A stretch of 64,000 bases of DNA from Promethearchaeota archaeon. Its GTDB lineage: Archaea; Asgardarchaeota; Lokiarchaeia; Sigyniarchaeales; SOKP01. A program made the position numbers and the translations under genes. Under the pieces are notes generated by a model. The model searched no databases. It saw only the letters and a list, made by a program, of their open reading frames with translations, and was not told where the DNA came from. Of this stretch, positions 9,568-19,024 are shown piece by piece (within the stretch, counting starts at the first letter, position 1; every line of letters starts with the position of its first letter). The stretch is taken from contig JAUVNS010000001.1 of assembly GCA_030599585.1 (NCBI GenBank), positions 32,001 through 96,000 on the forward strand. Direction: 5' to 3'.

Positions 9568-9602
9568 TTTTTTTTTCTTTTTTTTTTTTCTCATATTTTT
9601 TT
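9568..9602 (+). terminator. Archaeal-type oligo-T terminator
   Basis: Long T runs about 65 nt after the stop of 8742..9503. Confidence 0.5.
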
Positions 9603-10290
9603 CCTTACGTTTGAATTCGCCGTTTTTTGACTTAAACTATCTAAACAACCATCTAAAGAGCATTATTTTTTGACTTTTTAAATTATTTACACGAACATCG
9701 ATGTTTGTTTTAATCACGTGTTATTTATTGATGGTTTAATAAATTCAAGTTGTTAGGATTAATAGTATTTCTATAATTTTTTTTTTCCAATTTAACCCAA
9801 GATTTATGCATTTCACAAATACTTCTTTTTTACATCTAACAACTTAATTACGATATTGATCTTACCTAAAACAACTTAAGAAAATGAATGCATATGTTCC
9901 AAATTAAGGCTAAAATTCCTGTTATTTTAACAATTATTGGATATTGATTATCATTCATTAAAAAAAATAGAATTATTTCTTATGAAAATAAATTAGAAAA
10001 ACGAATTTGAGAAGTGTTGTTGAAAGTGTTGCTAATCAATATAGTATTGATGATATTATAATGGTAATTGACTAGTCATAGGTTTAATCGAGAAAATTGA
10101 CCTTAAATTTCCTCTTTTAACAGAGAAAAGATGGAATATTTCCTGAACGATATAATGATTATATTTCTCATTAGTTAATTAAAATAGGAAGGAAAAAATT
10201 GTGTTTTATCTAAATAAAAATCATATTAGTTGTAAGTTAAAAAGTAAGAAAATAAAACAAGTAAAAAAATTTGTTTTTATTTAATTTTGT

Positions 10291-10977
10291 TTAAAGTTTG
10301 TGTTTACCTTCTAATTTTGGTACGTTTTTTTGTCCTAACAGTGGTAACGTGTAAAGTAATACAATTACGACTATCGTCGAGATAGTTGCCGGCATAGCTG
10401 CTTCAGCGAAGGTTAGATGTGGGTTATAGTATGGTAATCCAACGTAATAATGCTCTGTTAGCGAGCCCCCGAGGGAACATTTAACATCTACAGTAATATT
10501 AGTCCGACCTACACCTAGAAATGGTACATATCTTTCGAAGTTTTCGTCATATGGTGGATTATCTATCACATCTCCGGTTTTCTGGAGTCCTGGTAAAGGA
10601 AGTCTATAAATAGCTATTGTGTGAGAGACTGTGATGGGAGTCACATGAGTTGGTTGTTCAGAGTAGGTGAATGTATAATTAGGCGCTACTGTAGGAAGTA
10701 TGGCAATAGCATAATTATCCTGATCATCGAAATGATATGTGTGTTCTATATGACGTTGCCATACTTGTGTGACATTAACCCACACATCTATTTCGTATAT
10801 ATAGTGGACCGTAGGATCAGAAATTCCGTGCGTAAGTCTAATGGCAAGTTCTCCATCTGCTACAGAGTATTCTAAATCAATATTTATAGGCGGATGCGCT
10901 CTCGCGTTAAGAACGCTCATCGTAGCACCGAGAAGCAAAAAAACAGACAAAACGTAAAATATTTTTTTTTTAGACAT
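10291..10977 (-). CDS. Secreted, C-terminally anchored putative metal-binding protein
   Basis: Signal peptide ending ARA then HPP; THG, VHYI, CSLGG motifs; C-terminal TM helix. Confidence 0.6.
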   Translation of the reverse strand: MSKKKIFYVLSVFLLLGATMSVLNARAHPPINIDLEYSVADGELAIRLTHGISDPTVHYIYEIDVWVNVTQVWQRHIEHTYHFDDQDNYAIAILPTVAPNYTFTYSEQPTHVTPITVSHTIAIYRLPLPGLQKTGDVIDNPPYDENFERYVPFLGVGRTNITVDVKCSLGGSLTEHYYVGLPYYNPHLTFAEAAMPATISTIVVIVLLYTLPLLGQKNVPKLEGKHKL

Positions 10978-11253
10978 GTTAATTCGTTTTTTTTTTTTAA
11001 AATATAAATTTATGAATTGTTAAAATAGTTTAGCAATTTAATATTTTTACATTTTCATTGAGAAAAATTACAACCTCCTTGAATAATTTCACGCTTTAAT
11101 CACGTAAAGGTAATTTTTGCACATTGTTTAATATGGCTTGAGTTCGTATTACTTGAGTTCTTACTAATAAAAAAAAAGAACACATAACACTTACATTCAG
11201 TTTAAATATATTATAGAATAGAATAAAAAAAAAGATCGAACAAATTAATCAGA

Positions 11254-12495
11254 TTAATCTTTTTTAAGATATTTTAAGAGAACTACGAGGACGATAGCTA
11301 TGATTAAGGGAACGATGATTCCTAATGCCAAAGTTAATTGGGCGTTAAAAATTTCGTAAACATGAGTCGAAATTGGCGCTCCAATGGCTACTCCAGTAAC
11401 TATCAGAGCATAGAATGCTCCTGTAGCTAAACCGCTCTCGGAACCCTTGGTTTTCTCTTTAACAGCACCTGCTGAAGATGGAAAAATCAATCCATGCCCT
11501 AGACCAAGGAAGACCATACCAATCATAGGTATATACATAGGTATTGGGATTTCGGGGGAAATTATGAAAACTCCAAATGCAGATGCTATCAACAATAATC
11601 CTATTAACATTACTTTGGTATAACCTATTTTGTCGCTCAATATACCTGCTGGATAATGAATTATTATCGAAAAAATAACCATTATACTAAGTATCATTCC
11701 CGTTTGACCAGCAGTATAGGCTGCAGACTCCAGTATTACCGTATAAGCCGCTGTAACAATTCCCATGTTAAACATCATTGCTAACATCGAAAAATAAGGA
11801 CTTATCATGGATTTTCTAATGACGATTTCTCTAAATTTTTTGATTTCCTTGCGGAGGTTTAATTTCTCTTTAGACGGGTGATAAATCTCAGGAAGAAGTA
11901 GCGATGTAAATGACATAACGAATAATATAATTGCTATTATGAAAAATAAATTGCTTGCTCCAATTATTTGAGCAACTAACCCACCTAACATGAACCCTAC
12001 CAAATTTGAAAATCCGATGGACATTCCATATAGTGCCATCCCCCTTCCGCCCCTTTTCTGGGAAGTAGCGTCTGATATATAAGACATTGTAGCAGGCCCT
12101 CCAAAACCTCCTCCTATTCCGTGAATTATCCTTCCAAATAAAAGGAAAAAAGGGTCTTGCGCTAACGCATATAGAAGCATTGATACACCATCTAAAAATA
12201 TCCCGAAAGCTATTAATCTTTTTCTGCCGAATCTGTCCACTAACCTTCCAAAAATTAAATTTGAGGGAATATGGACCATGGAGTAAATTCCTACAATAAA
12301 TCCCATGAATAATAACGAGGCTCCTAAATCTAACGAATACGTGGCAATTATCGGAATTGCTGCGTTGCTGTCAAAATTGACCAGAAATGATAATGTAAGT
12401 GCTAAAAAAATATGTTTTTTTTCAATTATCAGATTTTTATGGCTTTTCTCTTCTGTAACACCTAAAGAATCTTGTGAAATCTGTTTTCTCACCAA
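11254..12495 (-). CDS. MFS transporter
   Basis: GRLVDRFGRKR motif A, second repeat GILSDKIG, 12 TM. Confidence 0.92.
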   Translation of the reverse strand: MVRKQISQDSLGVTEEKSHKNLIIEKKHIFLALTLSFLVNFDSNAAIPIIATYSLDLGASLLFMGFIVGIYSMVHIPSNLIFGRLVDRFGRKRLIAFGIFLDGVSMLLYALAQDPFFLLFGRIIHGIGGGFGGPATMSYISDATSQKRGGRGMALYGMSIGFSNLVGFMLGGLVAQIIGASNLFFIIAIILFVMSFTSLLLPEIYHPSKEKLNLRKEIKKFREIVIRKSMISPYFSMLAMMFNMGIVTAAYTVILESAAYTAGQTGMILSIMVIFSIIIHYPAGILSDKIGYTKVMLIGLLLIASAFGVFIISPEIPIPMYIPMIGMVFLGLGHGLIFPSSAGAVKEKTKGSESGLATGAFYALIVTGVAIGAPISTHVYEIFNAQLTLALGIIVPLIIAIVLVVLLKYLKKD

Positions 12496-12607
12496 AATTA
12501 GTTTTTCTATTTATTTTCCTGTTAACATACTGAAATTTCACATCAAAATTAAAATTTTTTGTAATAAATCAAATTATTTTAATGTTAGTTTTTATTATGT
12601 TAAGTGA

Positions 12608-12949
12608 ATGAACATGACTCCTTCTAAAAATCGCCTAGAACAAGAATACGAAACAATTAAAACTATGATTCAAATGTATTGTAAAAAGGTTCATGACTGT
12701 GAGGAAGGATTATGTCAAGAATGCTCTGATCTTCTCAAATACGCTGAAGAACGATTGAATAATTGTAAATTTGGTGAAGATAAACCCCCATGTGATGCGT
12801 GCTCAATTCATTGTTATAAACCTGACATGAGGGAGAAAGTCCGAGAAGCGATGCGTTATGCCGGGCCACGGATGATTTACACGCATCCTATTATGGGATT
12901 TAGGCACTTGTTTAAAAAAATGAAAAAAAAAGAAAATTTAGATAAATAA
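12608..12949 (+). CDS. YgbA / nitrous oxide-stimulated promoter family Cys-rich protein
   Basis: MIQMYCKKVH, LCQEC, CKFGEDKPPCDACSIHCYKP, MRYAGPRM..HP. Confidence 0.85.
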   Translation: MNMTPSKNRLEQEYETIKTMIQMYCKKVHDCEEGLCQECSDLLKYAEERLNNCKFGEDKPPCDACSIHCYKPDMREKVREAMRYAGPRMIYTHPIMGFRHLFKKMKKKENLDK

Positions 12950-12973
12950 GAATTCCAGAGTTTTGTTTGAATT

Positions 12974-13795
12974 TTAATTATAAATTATTTTTGTCAGTTC
13001 ACTTTCTTGTCCTTTTAGATGGTTCTTGAGAACGCCCTTCTTGTTCATTGAGAGGATAACTACTTCAAGACCTTCTTGTATTTGATCTTTAATTGAGATT
13101 AGTGAAAACAATTTACCCTGCATCTTGCCAGAAGCATCTTTGCTAGTTTCTTCCTCCGTCTTGCCAAATAATTGTTCAATCTCATTGATATTTATTTCCC
13201 TAAGCAATTGTGCGTGCTCTTCCAATTTTGGGTCTTTATCGAACACGCCAGATACATCTGTTGCAAATATTAGTTGTTTAGCGCGTAATACACGTGAAAG
13301 AACGACAGCTAATTGATCTCCACTACAAACGCTAAAACCCATGGTCTTATCGTACATCATATCTCCTCCTATTAGTGGAACCATCCCTAAAGATAAAAAG
13401 CCTTTTAAAGAGTTAAATGTATAATCAGCTATCGCCATCTTATCACCTACAATTATCGAAGAGGCGTGCATCAAGTTAATAGGAACCCCTTCCTCAATAA
13501 ATGTGATCGCAATCGTTTTTCGAAGCTCATTCACGATTTGCTGCGTTTTTGACATAGAGATTAATTGATCTTTGTTTCTAAACCCCTTATGAAGGTTGTA
13601 TTTTAACACTGGAGGATGGCCGAAAGAACCTACTCCGTGGACAATCACAAGATTTTTGATTAATCCTAAATCAATACATTCTTTTATTTCCGCGGCAACC
13701 GCCTTTATAACACTTTCTCTAAGTTTGTACGGGGTTGATTTGTCCGTAAACAATGAACCGCCAAGCTTTAAAACAATTAAGTCTTCTGCCGTCAT
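12974..13795 (-). CDS. ipk: Isopentenyl phosphate kinase (amino-acid kinase family)
   Basis: LKLGGSLFTDK, VHGVGSFGH (IPK-specific His), SGDQL, TDVSGV, DASGKMQGK. Confidence 0.88.
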   Translation of the reverse strand: MTAEDLIVLKLGGSLFTDKSTPYKLRESVIKAVAAEIKECIDLGLIKNLVIVHGVGSFGHPPVLKYNLHKGFRNKDQLISMSKTQQIVNELRKTIAITFIEEGVPINLMHASSIIVGDKMAIADYTFNSLKGFLSLGMVPLIGGDMMYDKTMGFSVCSGDQLAVVLSRVLRAKQLIFATDVSGVFDKDPKLEEHAQLLREININEIEQLFGKTEEETSKDASGKMQGKLFSLISIKDQIQEGLEVVILSMNKKGVLKNHLKGQESELTKIIYN

Positions 13796-13815
13796 TTGTA
13801 TTCCTAGATATTATA

Positions 13816-14616
13816 TTAGAAAATAGTGGGATAAGGCCAGAAGGCTGGAACTGCAAATTCAAGTATCAAGGTCGTGATTATGACCGCCACAAAAATTGTG
13901 AAATTATCTGAATTCTTAGGTGATATCGCTTCTACTATCGTAGCAATTATACTAACAACTATTATCGGCAAAATCAGAGTAGCTATATCAAAACTCGGAA
14001 CTTCTAGAGAAAAAATTAAGACGAGAATAGAGCTTACTAATATCGATCCAACCAACATGCCTATACTTCCTATAAAGGTTTTTTCGCTCCCCTTGATTCC
14101 AATCTTTTTCCTCCCAAATTTACGCCCTATTATATCAGCTAACCCATCTCCACCGGAAACACATCCAATTATAAGTAGAGCAGTAGGATTAGCGTTACTT
14201 ATACCGGTAGACGGTACGTAAAACCAGAAATATGTCATTAACACCATTACAATTGAATAGTAGAGCGTTCCTTGTAGAAGTTCTCGAGGGTCTCCCGATC
14301 TCGACATTGATGCCACAAAACTTTCGTTCTTTATAACACCAATACCGATAGTTATGAATTGTAATACGAATAACAACGGCACTATTACAGCTATATAATG
14401 ACTAACAATCTCACCTGAAAAGAGCATCCATGTAACTACGAATACGGGACCTACTAAAATATGCACAAGTTTCCTCGTAATGATCGGTGAAACTTTTCCC
14501 TTTTTCTGAATATAAGCGACAATCTGAACTATAGCTAATAGTATTACAATAGATATGACAGTCGCCACTAAATCCCAAACAAAAACCAAATTACTTCCAA
14601 ACGGATTAAATACCAT
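13816..14616 (-). CDS. Phytol/farnesol/dolichol kinase family (CTP-dependent)
   Basis: RKLVHI, MSRSGDPRELLQGTLYY, GDGLADIIGRKFG, KTFIGS, DNFT. Confidence 0.88.
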   Translation of the reverse strand: MVFNPFGSNLVFVWDLVATVISIVILLAIVQIVAYIQKKGKVSPIITRKLVHILVGPVFVVTWMLFSGEIVSHYIAVIVPLLFVLQFITIGIGVIKNESFVASMSRSGDPRELLQGTLYYSIVMVLMTYFWFYVPSTGISNANPTALLIIGCVSGGDGLADIIGRKFGRKKIGIKGSEKTFIGSIGMLVGSILVSSILVLIFSLEVPSFDIATLILPIIVVSIIATIVEAISPKNSDNFTIFVAVIITTLILEFAVPAFWPYPTIF

Positions 14617-14771
14617 GTTTAATCACTATTTACATTATATAATTATTTTATGATAGAATTAACTCCTAAAAATCTTGGAAAATATAAAATTCATTTGGTT
14701 TGGTTTCAAATAAAAAATATAAAAAAATAATAAATAAAAAAAAATTTAGTTTAGTTTCTTAAATTTCTTGA

Positions 14772-15071
14772 TTACATATTGATAATGGAATCGTTTTCGA
14801 AAATTATGTCAATTACCTCATCAGAAGCAACCAGTCTGATTTTATCAGAAATAAACTTATTGAGTCCCCGAATATCTATGTGCTCTTTACAAGCAGCAAC
14901 TTTTTTCTTTTGATTAAGCGCTTGTGAAATTGCGCTATTAGATTTATTCGCAAAATAGACTGCGTTTTGAAGTAAAAGGATTGTAACGTCGTCGTCGTCT
15001 GTGTGTTCCATTGCAAGCTCTACGCCTGTAATATCTTCACTCGTTATAAAATATAACACTTTTTTGCCCAT
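14772..15071 (-). CDS. DsrH/TusB-like sulfur relay protein
   Basis: LLLQNAVY, DIRGL; last gene of a DsrE-F-H-like trio. Confidence 0.75.
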   Translation of the reverse strand: MGKKVLYFITSEDITGVELAMEHTDDDDVTILLLQNAVYFANKSNSAISQALNQKKKVAACKEHIDIRGLNKFISDKIRLVASDEVIDIIFENDSIINM

Positions 15072-15086
15072 TTTTTTTCAATCCTC

Positions 15087-15431
15087 CTAGAATGGTATGG
15101 TTACGGATGAATCCGCAATTATTTTTAATATCTCTCCATGTTCTTTTACTTCAACTTTATCGATGAGATCGTCTTTAGTTAAACCACGCTCATCAAGCGA
15201 TTTCTTGTCAACAAATATATCTAAATCAATATTTCTAATAAAATCTATGTGCATAGCGTACATTGTTTTATCGACATCCTTTGTAAAGGTGTAAACAGCG
15301 TCGTTAATCGCAATTGTAATCGGGTCGAAATCAGCACTAACAGCAACCGTCATTCTTAGTCCTTCAACGGGATATAGCGTCCCGTGAGGAGGTTGCCGTA
15401 AAAGTATAACCACATTTTTTTCTTCTGCCAT
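15087..15431 (-). CDS. DsrF/TusC-like protein
   Basis: RQPPHGT..EGLRM, DAVY, SLDERGL. Confidence 0.78.
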   Translation of the reverse strand: MAEEKNVVILLRQPPHGTLYPVEGLRMTVAVSADFDPITIAINDAVYTFTKDVDKTMYAMHIDFIRNIDLDIFVDKKSLDERGLTKDDLIDKVEVKEHGEILKIIADSSVTIPF

Positions 15432-15442
15432 TTTTTATCACC

Positions 15443-15823
15443 TTAACAAATTACTACAAGTCTATCGGTTTCTTCTATAATTTTAGCAAGATCGGGAGTT
15501 CCTGCCCGTTTCACATCGCCGCACTCTTTTTTTAAACAGTTTTTCATAGTTCCTCTAACTAAGAGACATAGATTACACAATCTTATCGTAGCTCCCTTAT
15601 TTAGAATTTCTCTGAAACCCTCTTCAATATTGAAAATTCCTTCAATTTTTTTCTGATTCTCTAAGAGTGCATTTACGGCATCCATATAGCAAAAGATACG
15701 AACTTCGTGTCCTTTGTCTAAGGCAGCATCAGCTAGTTTAACCACTGTTTCAGAGGCTTGTGTTTGGTACGGCCCATCAAAAAAAAGAATACCTAATCGA
15801 GACATTTTTTTTGTCAACTCCAA
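15443..15823 (-). CDS. DsrE/TusD-like sulfurtransferase
   Basis: GPY, AALDKGHEVRIFCYMDAV, CNLCLLVRG (active Cys). Confidence 0.85.
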   Translation of the reverse strand: MELTKKMSRLGILFFDGPYQTQASETVVKLADAALDKGHEVRIFCYMDAVNALLENQKKIEGIFNIEEGFREILNKGATIRLCNLCLLVRGTMKNCLKKECGDVKRAGTPDLAKIIEETDRLVVIC

Positions 15824-15826
15824 TAC

Positions 15827-16861
15827 TTAATCTTTTCTCATGAAGAGAAGATACGCCATTATCCAGGATCCAAACATAATGCAAGCGCCAGTTATAATGC
15901 TGTGTAGTGAAAGTTGTGGAACACCGCCTAAGATGTTCGTAATATTACATCCCATAGCTGTTACTGCGCCAAATCCCATTAAAATTCCGCCAAAGAACTG
16001 CTTCAATAATGTAAAAGCATTTTTTGGAACTCTTAATTTAAATTCACCGGCAATAACAGCAGCAATGAGCGATCCAAGAATAGCACCAACGATAATGAAA
16101 CCTGGCCACGCAAGTGGATCATTTAACGTAAGCCATTTGCTTATATCCATCCAGCCACCAGTAATACCTAGTACTCCTTGACCTGCAATATATGCGATTA
16201 TTCCAACTATTCCAATAACGATTCCAGTAACCCACCAAGGATATCCCTTTTTAAAAATGGATTCAAAGACGTTATCAAATTTAACTAAAGGTTCTTTAGT
16301 TTCCCTTCTCTTTTTTAGTGCTGGCCATGCCCAGAAATAGAACATTAATGCCATACCGACTAAACCTAAAATAAGCATAAAAATCGGTGTGAGTTCTCCC
16401 GCTTCTCCGAAAAGTGTAAGAGGTGCGCCTGTTCCAATTGTAGTCGTTTGTAAGGCAGTTTTCAGTTCAGTTAAAACACCACCTGCAGTCATTAAAGCTC
16501 CTGTAGTCAACCCAAAAGCAGCTACAACTGAGCCCATCATGCCTTCTCCTACGCGGTACGTAGTTCCACTAGCACATCCGGCCGCAAGAACCATTCCGAC
16601 ACCAAATACTAGACCGCCAACAATTGCCCCCCATATTTTTAAGGGTTTTGGAGCTAGAGTTATTACTCCGCTCATAGCAAAAATAGCGAATCCCACCATC
16701 AAAACTGCCAATGCCACAACAACTGCTTTTGCCAATTTAAACTCTTTTAAGAGAATTATATCTCTAAAAGCAGAGTTCATGCAAAATCTTCCGCGTTGCA
16801 ACACGAAGCCAAAAAGAGCTCCAACTAAAAGTCCAACAATTAAAGCATACATAAATTCCAT
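15827..16861 (-). CDS. YeeE/YedE sulfur-compound (thiosulfate-type) transporter
   Basis: LQRGRFC, FGVGMVLAAGCASG, GFGAVTAMGCNI conserved Cys motifs. Confidence 0.92.
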   Translation of the reverse strand: MEFMYALIVGLLVGALFGFVLQRGRFCMNSAFRDIILLKEFKLAKAVVVALAVLMVGFAIFAMSGVITLAPKPLKIWGAIVGGLVFGVGMVLAAGCASGTTYRVGEGMMGSVVAAFGLTTGALMTAGGVLTELKTALQTTTIGTGAPLTLFGEAGELTPIFMLILGLVGMALMFYFWAWPALKKRRETKEPLVKFDNVFESIFKKGYPWWVTGIVIGIVGIIAYIAGQGVLGITGGWMDISKWLTLNDPLAWPGFIIVGAILGSLIAAVIAGEFKLRVPKNAFTLLKQFFGGILMGFGAVTAMGCNITNILGGVPQLSLHSIITGACIMFGSWIMAYLLFMRKD

Positions 16862-16876
16862 AGTTGTTTTTACACC

Positions 16877-17110
16877 TTATTTTATTTTTATCAGGATTTG
16901 CCACTCAGATTTCCCTGTCTTTTCCGACGAGACTATTTCATGACCTAGAGACTCCATAGTTTCAGGAATTCTCTCAGCAGAGAGAGGATAATCTACTAAA
17001 ATCTTTAAGACTTCTCCTGACTTCATTTTCTTCACTTTTCTTTTACTTTTTACGTCTGGATATGGGCATACTTCGCCCGTAACATCCAATGTTTCAGTTA
17101 TATCAACCAT
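16877..17110 (-). CDS. TusA/YeeD sulfur carrier
   Basis: LDVTGEVCPYP (CPxP), GEVLKILVD. Confidence 0.92.
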   Translation of the reverse strand: MVDITETLDVTGEVCPYPDVKSKRKVKKMKSGEVLKILVDYPLSAERIPETMESLGHEIVSSEKTGKSEWQILIKIK

Positions 17111-17696
17111 TTTTTATAAACCAGTATGTTTTGTGTTATTTTTTTGAATATCTATTCAATAATAATAGATAATTGTGATCATATTCAGTTGCATTTAAAA
17201 TTTGTTAATAATCATTCAAAAAAGAGCCCTACTTTCACGAAAAACTGTTTCTTTTATGCCAAATTTGCTAAATTAATTTTTTTTAAACAACATTGCATCA
17301 AAAATTAGAAGTTTTATGCATATCTGGAACTTTAAGAATAATTATTCAAAAATTATTAACCCATTCTGTTTATATTTTGTTAGAATACATTTTTTGTATC
17401 ATGACTATTTATAACTTCATCGCAAAGTAAAAATTGCTTTTTTAGCTAACTCACAAAATTTATCGATGTATCTTTCTCTAAATTATCATTATCTGGTTTT
17501 TTATGATCAAATATGAACTTTTATTTAGAGATTTGAAACTTTTTACCGTAGCAAAGTTACGGAATCAGAACTTTCTGTAAAAAAATATGATAAAATTTAA
17601 ATTAAAACAAATTAAATAAAATAGAATCAAATTTTAAAACAAATTAACAAATTTAGAAACTTAATTAAAAAAAAAAAAAAAATTGGAAGATGAAAA

Positions 17697-19013
17697 ATGG
17701 CAGTAAAAGTAGCTTTTATGCAGGCCAGTGATTGCTGGGGCTGTCATCAATCCTTATTGAACGCACATTTAGGATTGTTGCCTGTTCTCCCAGCGCTCGA
17801 TATAGTTTATTGGCCAGCAGTTGTAGATTTCAAACACGATTCACTAAAAGCGCGACCAGACGGTGACATACTTGTAGGCTTCTTAGAAGGAAGTATGAGA
17901 ACAAATGAGGATGTAGAAAACGCCAAACTCATGAGGGCTAAATGCCAACTCATAGTTGGGTTTGGTAGTTGTGCATGCTACGGAAATGTTCACGGATTAG
18001 CTAATGAGTGGGATATTGAAGATGTTATTAAACGGAAGTACGAACAAACCGAATCAATTACCGATGAATCTCCGCACGAACCAAAAGAACACATGCCAGG
18101 ATTTACGGGAAAAATCGTTCCATTGGACGAAGTCATAAGCGTTGATATATTTATGGCGGGATGTCCTCCGAAACCTGAAGCTATTATAAGCGCAGTTCAA
18201 TTTTTGCTTGGTCAAAAGCCACAGCCAATGGCAGATTTGTCTTTCTGTAACGATTGCTCTTTAAATAATGAGAATTGTTTACTAGAAAAATACGAATTAT
18301 GTTTTGGTCCTATTACTAGTATCGGATGTACCTTAAAATGTACTGATAATGGAGAACCATGCGTTGGCTGTCTCGGTCCAGCAAAAACAGTTTCGGCAAG
18401 AGCAGAAAAATTGAAAACAATGACACAGAATATGCATCAACTTAGTTCTGGTGACAAGAAGAATTTACACGAGTTCTTAACGTTGTTTTTAAATGTTCCT
18501 CTCATGTCTGGATTTGATTTAGCAGGAGACATTTTAAAACAAGTGAGAAAAACTGGTGAAGCTCAAACCGCTTTAGCTAACGTACCTGCTGATACAGGCG
18601 ATATATACGCTAACCTTATGAAATTTCTGAAGAACAATCGAGAATTCATAAAGATTTCAAATGTGTGCGACCAATGCGACCTTGAAATTGGAAGCAAATC
18701 TCAAATGACGAAAGTTAAACGGGATTACGAAGGACTTCCAAACTCAACCGATTGTTTAATAGAACAAGGTTACCTATGTGCAGGTCCGATAACAAGAGCT
18801 GGATGTGGAGGTTTGTGTATGAGAGTTAACACACCTTGTTCCGGCTGCTTTGGTCAAACCGCTTGGAATGTTGATCAAGCTGAACGCTTTGCTGATGTAG
18901 TAACGAAGGGCTTTAATGTGGCTTTATCTAAAGAAGAATTGCTTGCGCAAGTTAAGGATAAGCTTGGCTTCATGGAAAAATTCACATTGGCTACAAACAA
19001 AAATTATAGGTAG
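17697..19013 (+). CDS. vhuG: Group 3c [NiFe(Se)] hydrogenase small subunit with duplicated C-terminal Fe-S module
   Basis: SDCWGC, FGSCACYG, GCPP; two copies of CxxC..CL..CxGPxTxxGC..C..PCxGCxG. Confidence 0.88.
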   Translation: MAVKVAFMQASDCWGCHQSLLNAHLGLLPVLPALDIVYWPAVVDFKHDSLKARPDGDILVGFLEGSMRTNEDVENAKLMRAKCQLIVGFGSCACYGNVHGLANEWDIEDVIKRKYEQTESITDESPHEPKEHMPGFTGKIVPLDEVISVDIFMAGCPPKPEAIISAVQFLLGQKPQPMADLSFCNDCSLNNENCLLEKYELCFGPITSIGCTLKCTDNGEPCVGCLGPAKTVSARAEKLKTMTQNMHQLSSGDKKNLHEFLTLFLNVPLMSGFDLAGDILKQVRKTGEAQTALANVPADTGDIYANLMKFLKNNREFIKISNVCDQCDLEIGSKSQMTKVKRDYEGLPNSTDCLIEQGYLCAGPITRAGCGGLCMRVNTPCSGCFGQTAWNVDQAERFADVVTKGFNVALSKEELLAQVKDKLGFMEKFTLATNKNYR

Positions 19014-19024
19014 GTGTAAAAAAA

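Noticed and set aside
9894-10061. Short frame with two in-frame TGA codons (possible selenoprotein)
   Set aside because: No Cys/Sec motif context, no recognisable family and no SECIS-like hairpin seen; consistent with AT-rich noise or decay
17546-17577. Short dyads upstream of vhuG (CCGTA-N7-TACGG, CAGAA-N2-TTCTG)
   Set aside because: Five-bp arms are too short to support without comparative data
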